NCBI GenBank assembly: GCA_045538175.1
Contig: JAZSQZ010000152.1
Location: 1 to 31,680, forward strand
DNA length: 31,680 nt
Direction of reading: 5' to 3'
Source: Clostridia bacterium
GTDB taxonomy: Bacteria; Bacillota; Clostridia; Christensenellales; UBA1242
Shown here: positions 7,286-14,627 of the stretch, piece after piece
Position numbering within the stretch: position 1 is the stretch's first letter
Layout of the letters: the number at the start of each line of letters is the position of its first letter
Notes under the pieces: model-generated
Seen by the model: only the letters and a program-made list of their open reading frames with translations
Told to the model about the DNA's origin: nothing
The model's database searches: none
Translations under genes and position numbers: made by a program

Positions 7286-9277
7286 GTGTCTAGTGTAAAA
7301 GAAGAATACATAAAGCATAAATACATAAAAGGTGACGAATTCGTAACAGATGGTGTTACGATTATGGGTTGCCGCGAAGAAAGAAGTCGCGACATCATTG
7401 ATAACGGCCGCCTTGGTACTTATGACGCTAACGGAAACTATAGAATCTTAGACTCAATCAAAGAAGAACTTATAAGGTTGCCAAAGGTTGTTACACTCAC
7501 CAGCGCAAGCACATCTTTTGCGGGTGGTAATGACGAGTATGAAGCAAAAGCTAATATTCCTATTTTTGGGGATATTAAGTTTAAACTCGTCGTCAACAAC
7601 AATTCGGCTACCTTTTTTCTTATAGAAAAGGTTAACCGTGAAGCAGGTGGGTATCTTGAAATTTATGAAGAAAAATTAGAAACAATCGACCTTAAAAAAG
7701 AAGCCCTTGACCTTCCATTTATCTTTTCTTACTTCAATATTTCAAATGGCGATATCGACCTTGGTCAAAAATGGAAAGAAATCAATATTCCAAACATTTT
7801 AACCCGTAAAGTCTATATGGCTGCTTTATCTAAAAAGATAAAGGAAAACTCAAACCAAGTTACAGAAGAGCAAGCCTTCAACCGTATGGTTGATATGTTA
7901 AAAGAAGGTGGCGAGTATGGAAAAACCATCTTAGACAAACTTGATGAAAGAATGAAACAAAAGGGCGAGTTTGCAGTCTTTAGGGGCACAAATGCTTACG
8001 GTAAAGCCCTAAACGATATCTTACTTGGTACAATTCACTTAGTTAACTCAGAACAACCTGAGTTGTCGCTTGAAAATAAAGAACTCTATTATGAGTTGTT
8101 AGAAATTAGAAACAACACAACACAAGACATTTTGATTGAAGGAAGAAATGAACTTTCAAATGCAGATGTCGAACTTGCTGTTGAGAAAATAAATCAACTT
8201 ATGAAGTCGGGCGAACTTGATGAAGATTTGATTTTAGGTTACCCTGACGAAGAAGGCACAAGAGAACTTAAAAAAGCTATCTTGAAAAAAAGGGTAGAAA
8301 AAGAAGCCGAAGAAGGTGTTAGCGACTTAAACGAAGACGGCACACCTAAAACAAAAGAACAAAAGATTAAAGAAATCTTAGAAGGCAAAAGCAAAGCAAA
8401 GAAAAAACAAGCACAAAAGAAAGTTGTTCCTGCAAAGAAGCCACCTGCAAAGCAAAAACTAAAAGCAAAAGGCAAAGCAAAGAAAAAAGCAGCAGGCAAA
8501 AAGAAGGCAAAAAAGAAAGCAAAAAAACCTGTTGTCAAAAAGGCAGCAAAAGGTTTAAAACCAGGAAAAGCAAAAAAAGGCGCAGTCGTTGCTAAGAAGA
8601 AGAAAAAGAAGAAAAAGAGCGACGATTTGTTTAGAAGAGACTCAGAGTTTTTGAGAAATTTATTTGTCACACCTGCAATTTATTCTGGTATCACTAGTTT
8701 AAAAAGTTTCTCTAAAGAACAAGAAAGTCCAATTATCATTAGACAATTCAAACCAACAGAGCAACAAAGACCACAACAACCACGAGAAGAATCACCTGAA
8801 GCACGTTTTAAAGAAAGTAACATTTTTGCTGGTGCATCAAGAGAAAGGGGACACAGAATTGTCCCTGCAAGGCAAGCAGAAAACAATGTCTTTGGCCGCG
8901 GTGCTGAAAGAACCACACAACACGAAAGAGACCTTAGGGTTATTCATAGGGAAAGGGCCAATGAAAGCCCTGATATTACACCTGTTATGCCAGGTAGCGA
9001 TGCAGACATATTAGGTCCAGCAGAAGACACCTTTGGATTATCAAACAATGGTGGGGGTGAAAGAGAAAATAACCCATTTAGTGCAGGAAGGGGTGGAAGA
9101 GAAGATAATCCGTTTGCAACAAATCCAAGGGTTGGACAAGAAAACAATCCATTTGCTACAAACCCACTTACACCACCTGAAACAGGGCCAGATTCTACAC
9201 TTACTGAAACAAATCCGTTTGCTACGGATAGTGCTGATATGGCATCAACAATTCTTGATCATTATTTCAAGAGCTAA
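7286..9277 (+). CDS. Hypothetical 663-aa protein with a ~350-aa N-terminal domain, a histone-H1-like Lys/Ala-rich tract, and a C-terminal tail with four NPF(A/S)T repeats
   Basis: GTG start lies 7 nt after AGAGG. The central tract is AKKKQAQKKVVPAKKPPAKQKLKAKGKAKKKAAGKKKAKKKAKK...KKKKKKKK. The C-terminus reads ENNPFSAGRGGREDNPFATNP..ENNPFATNP...ETNPFATD. No catalytic motif was recognised. Confidence 0.75.
   Translation: MSSVKEEYIKHKYIKGDEFVTDGVTIMGCREERSRDIIDNGRLGTYDANGNYRILDSIKEELIRLPKVVTLTSASTSFAGGNDEYEAKANIPIFGDIKFKLVVNNNSATFFLIEKVNREAGGYLEIYEEKLETIDLKKEALDLPFIFSYFNISNGDIDLGQKWKEINIPNILTRKVYMAALSKKIKENSNQVTEEQAFNRMVDMLKEGGEYGKTILDKLDERMKQKGEFAVFRGTNAYGKALNDILLGTIHLVNSEQPELSLENKELYYELLEIRNNTTQDILIEGRNELSNADVELAVEKINQLMKSGELDEDLILGYPDEEGTRELKKAILKKRVEKEAEEGVSDLNEDGTPKTKEQKIKEILEGKSKAKKKQAQKKVVPAKKPPAKQKLKAKGKAKKKAAGKKKAKKKAKKPVVKKAAKGLKPGKAKKGAVVAKKKKKKKKSDDLFRRDSEFLRNLFVTPAIYSGITSLKSFSKEQESPIIIRQFKPTEQQRPQQPREESPEARFKESNIFAGASRERGHRIVPARQAENNVFGRGAERTTQHERDLRVIHRERANESPDITPVMPGSDADILGPAEDTFGLSNNGGGERENNPFSAGRGGREDNPFATNPRVGQENNPFATNPLTPPETGPDSTLTETNPFATDSADMASTILDHYFKS
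8380..8620 (+). repeat. Purine-rich low-complexity coding DNA (AAR/GCA codon repeats) encoding the Lys/Ala tract
   Basis: Units such as gcaaaagcaaagaaaaaa recur, and a near-homopolymeric stretch aagaagaagaaaaagaagaaaaag lies at 8590-8615. Confidence 0.6.
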
Positions 9278-9298
9278 TAAACACAAGGAGAAAAACAT

Positions 9299-10000
9299 AT
9301 GGATGATTTCCCACTAGACCTAGACTACAACAATTATCTTTCCGAAGCTCGTCCTATTAGGAGCAACTTATCTTTTTCTAACATAACACAACAAGATATG
9401 CTTGCTGTTCCTGTTTTTAGGGAAGAAGAAGAAAGAACTGTTGCTAGTATTACAACTGTATTTGACGATGCAAAACCTATTGTTGATTCATCTCCAAAAC
9501 ATATAATTTTATATAAGAGTATGGTTCAAAACCTAAATGAAGACGCTTCTATGTGTGCAGACAGCATTTATGGTCGTCTTACTTTCAGCGTTTTAACAAA
9601 TGATATTCCTGGTGTTGAAAAGGGACACACTTTTCCATTTTTAGAAGATGCAAGGAAATATGATAGTGTCTACTCAATGTACAAGAAAAACCCAGCATCA
9701 AAAACAGGTGTCAAATGGTTGTGCGACAATCCTTTTGATAGATATATGAGACAAAATTATATGCCATACCTTGGTGTTGTTGAAGGCAAACTTGCAATGT
9801 CACAAACTGCAGCATATGGCCTTCAAAAAAGAATTGCACTTATGGATAAGGGGTTTGAAAATTTGTTATATCTTGCCGATGGTGTTAAAACCCCTATTCT
9901 TAAAAACGGAAGCGCTGGTGAATTCTTTAAGTATATAAGGGCTCACGAGCAAGAATACAGGCTTATTAAGCCACAACAAAAAACACAATATTCACAATAA
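9299..10000 (+). CDS. Hypothetical 233-aa protein, co-transcribed with the 7286 gene
   Basis: ATG lies 6 nt after AAGGAGAAAAA, and only a 21-nt gap separates it from the upstream gene. No recognisable motif or TM segment is present. Confidence 0.75.
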   Translation: MDDFPLDLDYNNYLSEARPIRSNLSFSNITQQDMLAVPVFREEEERTVASITTVFDDAKPIVDSSPKHIILYKSMVQNLNEDASMCADSIYGRLTFSVLTNDIPGVEKGHTFPFLEDARKYDSVYSMYKKNPASKTGVKWLCDNPFDRYMRQNYMPYLGVVEGKLAMSQTAAYGLQKRIALMDKGFENLLYLADGVKTPILKNGSAGEFFKYIRAHEQEYRLIKPQQKTQYSQ

Positions 10001-10015
10001 AATTTCAAAAAATGA

Positions 10016-10044
10016 TTGACAACAAGTGGTTTATGTGTTATATT
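10016..10044 (+). promoter_or_regulatory. Near-consensus sigma-A promoter for rpmG-secE-nusG
   Basis: TTGACA (10016-10021) is followed by a 17 nt spacer and an extended -10 TGtTATATT (10036-10044). Confidence 0.65.
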
Positions 10045-10106
10045 CTATTAACACTCGCTTTTAGGGGTGTTAATTTTTTGAAAAAATTTAGGAAAGGTAG
10101 TTTGAT

Positions 10107-10256
10107 ATGAGAGATAGAATTACACTTGCTTGCACAGAATGCAAACAAAGAAATTATGATACAAAAAAGAACAAAAAGAATGATCCTGATAGAATCGAAA
10201 TGAGCAAATATTGCCCATTCTGCAGAAAACACACTGCTCATAAGGAAACAAAATAA
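10107..10256 (+). CDS. rpmG: 50S ribosomal protein L33, 49 aa, too short to appear in the supplied ORF track
   Basis: [49 protein letters not shown] is an L33-type zinc ribbon (CxxC...CxxC). It occupies the conserved position upstream of secE-nusG. The overlapping minus-strand ORF 10038..10241 is rejected. Confidence 0.85.
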   Translation: MRDRITLACTECKQRNYDTKKNKKNDPDRIEMSKYCPFCRKHTAHKETK

Positions 10257-10266
10257 TTTGTTTTTT

Positions 10267-10292
10267 ACAACTGTTTATTGGCAGTTGTTTTT
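10267..10292 (+). terminator. Weak intrinsic terminator/attenuator between rpmG and secE
   Basis: Stem ACAACTG pairs with CAGTTGT across an 8-nt loop, followed by only TTTT. Confidence 0.5.
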
Positions 10293-10314
10293 ACCAATTT
10301 AGACGGAGGGTTTT

Positions 10315-10641
10315 ATGGCAAAAGTCGAACAAGAAAAAGAAGGCTTAACCAAAGAACAAATTAAGGAACAAAAAAGAGCTGAAAAAGAAGCAAAGAAAAC
10401 CGAAAAAGAATCCCTTAAAAATGGCAAAAAGAAAAAAGCCAAAAAAGAAAAGAAGGGTGGAGTAGGTAAGAAGTTTAAAGAAACTGTTTCTGAGCTTAGA
10501 AAAGTCAGCTGGCCAAGTTTTGGAACTGTTGTAAAAAAGACAGGTGTTGTTTTAGCTGTTGTCGTTATTTTTACAGTTGTATTGTTTGGCTTTGACTATG
10601 TTCTCGGTTTACTTTATAACCTATTTACAAGCCAACTATAA
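10315..10641 (+). CDS. secE: Preprotein translocase subunit SecE
   Basis: A Lys/Glu-rich N-terminus is followed by KETVSELRKVSWPS and a single C-terminal TM helix (VVLAVVVIFTVVLFGFDYVLG). The RBS is GGAGGG. It sits in the conserved position before nusG. Confidence 0.9.
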   Translation: MAKVEQEKEGLTKEQIKEQKRAEKEAKKTEKESLKNGKKKKAKKEKKGGVGKKFKETVSELRKVSWPSFGTVVKKTGVVLAVVVIFTVVLFGFDYVLGLLYNLFTSQL

Positions 10642-10653
10642 AGGATAAGTTTG

Positions 10654-11184
10654 ATGGATAATATTTTAGAAGAAAAAGCAAAATGGTATGTTCTTCACAC
10701 TTTCTCAGGCTACGAACAAGTTGCTAAAGATAACTTAGAAGTTGTTGTGAAGAAATATAATCTTGAAAACCGTATTTTCGAAGTTGTTATTCCTATGGAA
10801 GAAACAATCGAAGAAAAAAATGGTAAGAAGAAACTTGTTTCTAGAAAGGCAATGCCTTCTTACTTATTTATCAAAATGATTTATGGTGATGACTTATGGC
10901 ACAACATTACACGTACTCGTGGTATCACAGGTTTTGTTGGTCCTAAAGGTCGTCCACTTGCTCTTACTGAAGAAGAAATTAGAAAGATGCATTTAGAGAA
11001 GGTTACAGTTGATATTGACCTTCGCGAAAATGATAAGATAGAAGTCATTGACGGACCACTTAACGAATTTGTCGGTACTGTTATCTCAGTTGATGTCGAT
11101 AACAAGAAATGCAAAGTCAACGTTGAAATGTTCGGTCGTGAAACACCAGTTGATCTTGATTTTTCTCAAATTAGAAAAATCTAA
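10654..11184 (+). CDS. nusG: Transcription termination/antitermination factor NusG
   Basis: The NGN domain reads KWYVLHTFSGYEQVAKDNLE, and a C-terminal KOW motif (VGTVISVD...KVNVEMFGRETPVDLDFSQI) is present. Confidence 0.9.
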   Translation: MDNILEEKAKWYVLHTFSGYEQVAKDNLEVVVKKYNLENRIFEVVIPMEETIEEKNGKKKLVSRKAMPSYLFIKMIYGDDLWHNITRTRGITGFVGPKGRPLALTEEEIRKMHLEKVTVDIDLRENDKIEVIDGPLNEFVGTVISVDVDNKKCKVNVEMFGRETPVDLDFSQIRKI

Positions 11185-11318
11185 TTAAATTTTGTTAATA
11201 AGTCGTTTCGATTTATTATATATACACGGTTTCCGTGTTCGTGGGAGAATCGTAAATATTTTCATGCGATTTGCTAAAACCACATTTGCTTTAAAAAAGC
11301 AGGAGGAAGTAATACATT

Positions 11319-11747
11319 ATGGCAGAAAAGAAAATTAGTGCACAAGTTAAGTTGCAATTGCCAGCAGGTAAAGCCACACCAGGGCCACCAGTAGGTTCAT
11401 CTCTCGGACCTCATGGAATTAACATTGCAGGTTTTACAAAAGAGTTTAACGAAAAAACAGCTAGCCAAGAAGGTTTGATTATTCCGGTTGTTGTTACAAT
11501 CTACGCAGACCGTTCATTCAGCTTTGTTCTTAAAACTCCACCAGCTGCAGTACTTATTAAAAAGGCTTGCGGAATTGAAACTGCTTCAGCTAAACCTAAC
11601 AAAATCAAAGTTGCTCAAATTACAAAAGCACAAGTTAGACAAATTGCTGAAACTAAGATGCCTGATCTTAACGCTTCTTCAATTGAGGCTGCTATGTCTA
11701 TGATTGAAGGTGCTGCAAGAAGTATGGGTGTTACAGTTGTTGATTAA
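11319..11747 (+). CDS. rplK: 50S ribosomal protein L11
   Basis: [44 protein letters not shown] is an unmistakable L11 N-terminus. The RBS is AGGAGG. Confidence 0.95.
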   Translation: MAEKKISAQVKLQLPAGKATPGPPVGSSLGPHGINIAGFTKEFNEKTASQEGLIIPVVVTIYADRSFSFVLKTPPAAVLIKKACGIETASAKPNKIKVAQITKAQVRQIAETKMPDLNASSIEAAMSMIEGAARSMGVTVVD

Positions 11748-11805
11748 TATTATTATTTAATTAGTGGGAGAACTTAAGTGTTCATTATAACCACAGGAGG
11801 ATTTT

Positions 11806-12489
11806 ATGAAATTAGGAAAAAGATATAAAGAATGTGTTGCTGCATATGATGCAAGCAAAACATACGAACAAGCTGAAGCTATGGATATCGTTATCAAAAA
11901 TGCTAAGGCTAAATTTGATGAAACTGTTGAACTCCATGTTAAACTTGGTGTTGACGGTAGAAGTGCTGACCAACAAGTTAGAGGCACAGTTGTTCTTCCA
12001 GCAGGTACTGGTAAGAAAGTTAGAGTTTTAGTTATCGCTAAAGGTGATAAAGCTGACGAAGCAACTAAAGCTGGTGCTGATATTGTCGGTGCAGAAGAAA
12101 TCATCGCAAAAATTCAAGGTGGTTGGTTAGATTTTGATGTCTGTATCACAACACCTGATATGATGGGTTTTGTTGGTAGAATTGCTAAAGTTTTAGGACC
12201 TCGTGGTCTTATGCCAAACCCAAAGAGTGGCACAGTTACTCTTGATGTTAAGAAAGCTATCAACGATGTTAAAGCTGGTAAAGTTGAATACAGACTTGAT
12301 AAAACAAACATCATTCACGTTGGTATTGGTAAAGCAAGTTTCGGTGTTGAAAAACTCCTTGAAAACTATGATGCAATTATGAGCGCAATTGTTAAATCAA
12401 AACCAGCAGCTGCAAAAGGTATCTACCTTCGTAGCATTACTTTAAGTTCTACAATGGGACCTGGAGTAAAAACAAAATACAATGCATAA
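11806..12489 (+). CDS. rplA: 50S ribosomal protein L1
   Basis: MKLGKRYKE...[17 protein letters not shown]...[10 protein letters not shown] is an L1 signature. The RBS is AGGAGG. Confidence 0.95.
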   Translation: MKLGKRYKECVAAYDASKTYEQAEAMDIVIKNAKAKFDETVELHVKLGVDGRSADQQVRGTVVLPAGTGKKVRVLVIAKGDKADEATKAGADIVGAEEIIAKIQGGWLDFDVCITTPDMMGFVGRIAKVLGPRGLMPNPKSGTVTLDVKKAINDVKAGKVEYRLDKTNIIHVGIGKASFGVEKLLENYDAIMSAIVKSKPAAAKGIYLRSITLSSTMGPGVKTKYNA

Positions 12490-12498
12490 TTTTAAAAA

Positions 12499-12526
12499 AC
12501 AAGCAAGATTTTGCTTGTTTTTTTAT
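12499..12526 (+). terminator. Intrinsic terminator after rplA
   Basis: Stem ACAAGCAA pairs with TTGCTTGT across the loop GATT, followed by T8. Confidence 0.75.
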
Positions 12527-12561
12527 TTTTAAAAATGGGTCTAGAAAAAATGTTTATATAG

Positions 12562-12570
12562 TGTTATAAT
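12562..12570 (+). promoter_or_regulatory. Extended -10 element (TGtTATAAT) placed for a leaderless transcript of the 12577 gene
   Basis: TATAAT at 12565-12570 has TG at -15/-14. The ATG at 12577 is 7 nt downstream and has no SD sequence. Confidence 0.4.
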
Positions 12571-12576
12571 TGAGTT

Positions 12577-13059
12577 ATGGTAGTTTATAGATATTTATCA
12601 AAAAGAGAACTTCACGCTTTTACAGAAGGGGATATGAGTAAAGTCGGTGCTGAATATTTTGAAACTGAAAAAAGTATTAGTAACACCCATAAATATAAAG
12701 AAGGTGTAAAGTACCTACATTTTTTTCAAAGTTTAAAAGACTTAAAACATATCGAAAAAGTAAGAGACAGAAATAAAGAGCACTTTGTTGCACAGTTTGA
12801 TATTCCTATTCTTACATTGCTATCTTGTGCAGGTAAAGGTTATTATCCTGCAAGTGGTTACGACTTAGATTGCGAAGTTGTTAGAGAATATGCTATCCCT
12901 GTTGAAAACATAAGACCTAGTTTTCTTGAAGGATATGTATCTGCAAACGAGTTTAACACAGGGGATAAGTTTTCACAACCGGGAGAACTTGGCAAACAAT
13001 TCGATATAGAAAAACAGCCTATAGATTTTTCTTTGATAGATGTCGTACAAGACCAATAA
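12577..13059 (+). CDS. Hypothetical 160-aa protein inserted between rplA and the L10 leader
   Basis: The ORF is clean, has its own promoter-like element and a downstream terminator-like hairpin. It has no recognisable motif and no TM segment. Confidence 0.7.
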   Translation: MVVYRYLSKRELHAFTEGDMSKVGAEYFETEKSISNTHKYKEGVKYLHFFQSLKDLKHIEKVRDRNKEHFVAQFDIPILTLLSCAGKGYYPASGYDLDCEVVREYAIPVENIRPSFLEGYVSANEFNTGDKFSQPGELGKQFDIEKQPIDFSLIDVVQDQ

Positions 13060-13102
13060 ACATTATATTCCCTTTACAACATCAGAACTTTTAAATTTAG
13101 TG

Positions 13103-13131
13103 TTGACGTTTATATTTGAATATGTTATATT
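13103..13131 (+). promoter_or_regulatory. Sigma-A-like promoter P1 (TTGACG, 17 nt spacer, TGtTATATT)
   Basis: The sequence is a consensus-like match, but a U-run hairpin immediately follows, so its function is uncertain. Confidence 0.4.
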
Positions 13132-13137
13132 ACTTAT

Positions 13138-13199
13138 AGAATTTCATTGACCTTATTTTTAAGGCACAGGCGAAAGGCCAGAATTGAAATTCTTTTTTT
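13138..13199 (+). terminator. Long-range hairpin with U-run, probably the terminator of the 12577 gene
   Basis: AGAATTTCA (13138-13146) pairs with TGAAATTCT (13185-13193). The enclosed region contains CCTTA-ttttt-AAGG and GGC-gaaa-GCC sub-hairpins and is followed by T7. Confidence 0.5.
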
Positions 13200-13208
13200 A
13201 TTTTAAGA

Positions 13209-13237
13209 TTGACAATTAAACTTTTAAAACTTATAAA
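13209..13237 (+). promoter_or_regulatory. Sigma-A promoter P2 (TTGACA, 17 nt spacer, TATAAA)
   Basis: Direct read of -35 at 13209-13214 and -10 at 13232-13237. Confidence 0.5.
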
Positions 13238-13262
13238 ACTATTAAAAAATATCAAAAAAGTA

Positions 13263-13291
13263 TTGACAAATTTATTAAACTACTATATAAT
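13263..13291 (+). promoter_or_regulatory. Perfect-consensus sigma-A promoter P3 (TTGACA, 17 nt spacer, TATAAT) for rplJL
   Basis: -35 at 13263-13268 and -10 at 13286-13291 with exact 17-nt spacing. Confidence 0.65.
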
Positions 13292-13296
13292 ATGCG

Positions 13297-13423
13297 AGTA
13301 CTAAAAAATATTATATCTAAGACAGCAAGTGGGGTAGCCCGTAAAACAAACTGTTGCTTGCCGAGATAAGTTATATATTGTTAAATTTTTTAACCTTATA
13401 CTTATTTCGGTATAAGGTTTTTT
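13297..13423 (+). ncRNA. Ribosomal protein L10 leader, the autoregulatory 5' UTR of rplJL, ending in an attenuator terminator
   Basis: A ~150-nt leader lies between P3 and rplJ, as is typical for Firmicute rplJ. It contains a GC-rich structured core (GCAAGUGGGGUAGCCCGUAAAAC...GUUGCUUGCC). The attenuator hairpin pairs CCTTATAC with GTATAAGG and is followed by T6 at 13394-13423. Confidence 0.55.
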
Positions 13424-13445
13424 AGTGGAAATTTAACAGGAGGTT

Positions 13446-13940
13446 ATGATGAGCGAAAATCTTACATTAAAGAAAGAGATTGTTGCAGAATTTATTGAAA
13501 AATACAAAAATGCAAAATCAGTTATCTTCGTAAGTTTCAAAGGTATCACAGTTGCACAAGATACAAAACTTAGAAAAAGTTTTAGAGAAAACAATGTAGA
13601 ATACAAAATCTACAAAAACCGTTTAATCATTAAAGCTTTAGAACAACTTGGCGTAACAGGATACGATGCAAAACTTTTAGAAGGAACAACTTCAGTTGTT
13701 TTCTCACCAGACGAAGTAACCGGTGCTAAAATCTTATTCGAACAAAACAAAGAAATCAAAGTAATGGAAGCAAAATTCGGTGTTGTAAACGGCGAAATTA
13801 CTGATGCAAAACAAATCGAAGTTCTTTCAAAAACACCAAACAAAGAAACTCTCATTGCTATGCTTATGGGTATGCTTAATGCACCTGTTTCAGCCCTTGC
13901 AAGAGCATTAAACGAAATTGCAAAAAAAGAAGCAAACTAA
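13446..13940 (+). CDS. rplJ: 50S ribosomal protein L10
   Basis: The L10 N-terminus and its C-terminal helix that binds L7/L12 are recognisable. The RBS is GGAGG. Confidence 0.95.
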   Translation: MMSENLTLKKEIVAEFIEKYKNAKSVIFVSFKGITVAQDTKLRKSFRENNVEYKIYKNRLIIKALEQLGVTGYDAKLLEGTTSVVFSPDEVTGAKILFEQNKEIKVMEAKFGVVNGEITDAKQIEVLSKTPNKETLIAMLMGMLNAPVSALARALNEIAKKEAN

Positions 13941-13993
13941 TATAAATTAAAAATTAAAAGATTAAAATAAAAAATTTAAAGGAGATTATTAAA

Positions 13994-14368
13994 ATGGCAG
14001 ATATCAAAAATATCGTTGAAGAAATCAAAAAACTTTCACTTGTTGAAGTTTCAGAACTTGTTAAAGCATTAGAAGAAGAATTTGGAGTTAGCGCAGCAGC
14101 TATGGCAGTTGCAGCACCAGCAGGTGCAGCAGCAGGCGAAGCAGCAGCAGAAGAAAAGAGCGAATTTACAGTTGTACTTAAAGAAGTTGGTGCAAACAAA
14201 ATCGCAGTTATTAAAGTTGCAAGAGAAGTTACAGGTCTTGGTCTTTCAGAAGCAAAAGCACTTGTTGATGCTGCTCCTTCAACACTTAAAGAAAATGTTC
14301 CAGCAGAACAAGCTAAAGAATTCGAAGCAAAATTCAAAGAAGCTGGCGCTACAGTTGAACTTAAGTAA
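13994..14368 (+). CDS. rplL: 50S ribosomal protein L7/L12
   Basis: [32 protein letters not shown], an Ala-rich hinge and a C-terminal domain [19 protein letters not shown] are all present. Confidence 0.95.
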   Translation: MADIKNIVEEIKKLSLVEVSELVKALEEEFGVSAAAMAVAAPAGAAAGEAAAEEKSEFTVVLKEVGANKIAVIKVAREVTGLGLSEAKALVDAAPSTLKENVPAEQAKEFEAKFKEAGATVELK

Positions 14369-14378
14369 TTATCTAAAA

Positions 14379-14403
14379 AAACTTCCATTTGGAAGTTTTT
14401 TTT
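14379..14403 (+). terminator. Intrinsic terminator after rplL
   Basis: Stem AAACTTCCA pairs with TGGAAGTTT, followed by T-rich sequence. Confidence 0.8.
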
Positions 14404-14561
14404 ATTTGTTAAAAAGTTTCAAAATAAAATTAAATTTGGGGTTTTTCTTTTTTAAAACTACAAAAACAATCAACTTTATCTAAAATATACTTCTTGCGAC
14501 TTTTTCCTACAAAAAACACCAAAAGTTGCCAAATACCGACAAAATTTGCAATCGTGAAATT

Positions 14562-14590
14562 TTGAATTATATCTTGCATTATGGTAAACT
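14562..14590 (+). promoter_or_regulatory. Putative promoter for spo0A (TTGAAT, 17 nt spacer, TGgTAAACT)
   Basis: Direct read. A CCGACAA element at 14536-14543 weakly resembles a 0A box (TTCGACA). Confidence 0.35.
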
Positions 14591-14627
14591 TTTCTTGTTG
14601 GTAAAAAAAGGAAAATTTGGAGGAAAA

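Noticed and set aside
8239-9317. Minus- and plus-strand alternative ORFs (8239-8670, 8680-8916, 8826-9014, 8944-9147, 9033-9317) within the 7286 gene
   Set aside because: They are mirror frames of low-complexity Lys/Ala and Gly/Pro tracts (poly-Phe and poly-Ser products) with no independent signals.
10038-10241. Minus-strand 67-aa ORF
   Set aside because: It lies antisense to the rpmG promoter and to the L33 gene, which has a clear zinc-ribbon signature.
11488-12314. Alternative-frame and antisense ORFs within rplK and rplA
   Set aside because: They are embedded in highly conserved ribosomal protein genes and give Leu/Gln-rich low-complexity translations.
13610-14483. Antisense and alternative-frame ORFs across rplJ-rplL, including the 144-aa ORF at 13954-14388
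   Set aside because: They are mirror frames of the Ala-rich L7/L12 gene.
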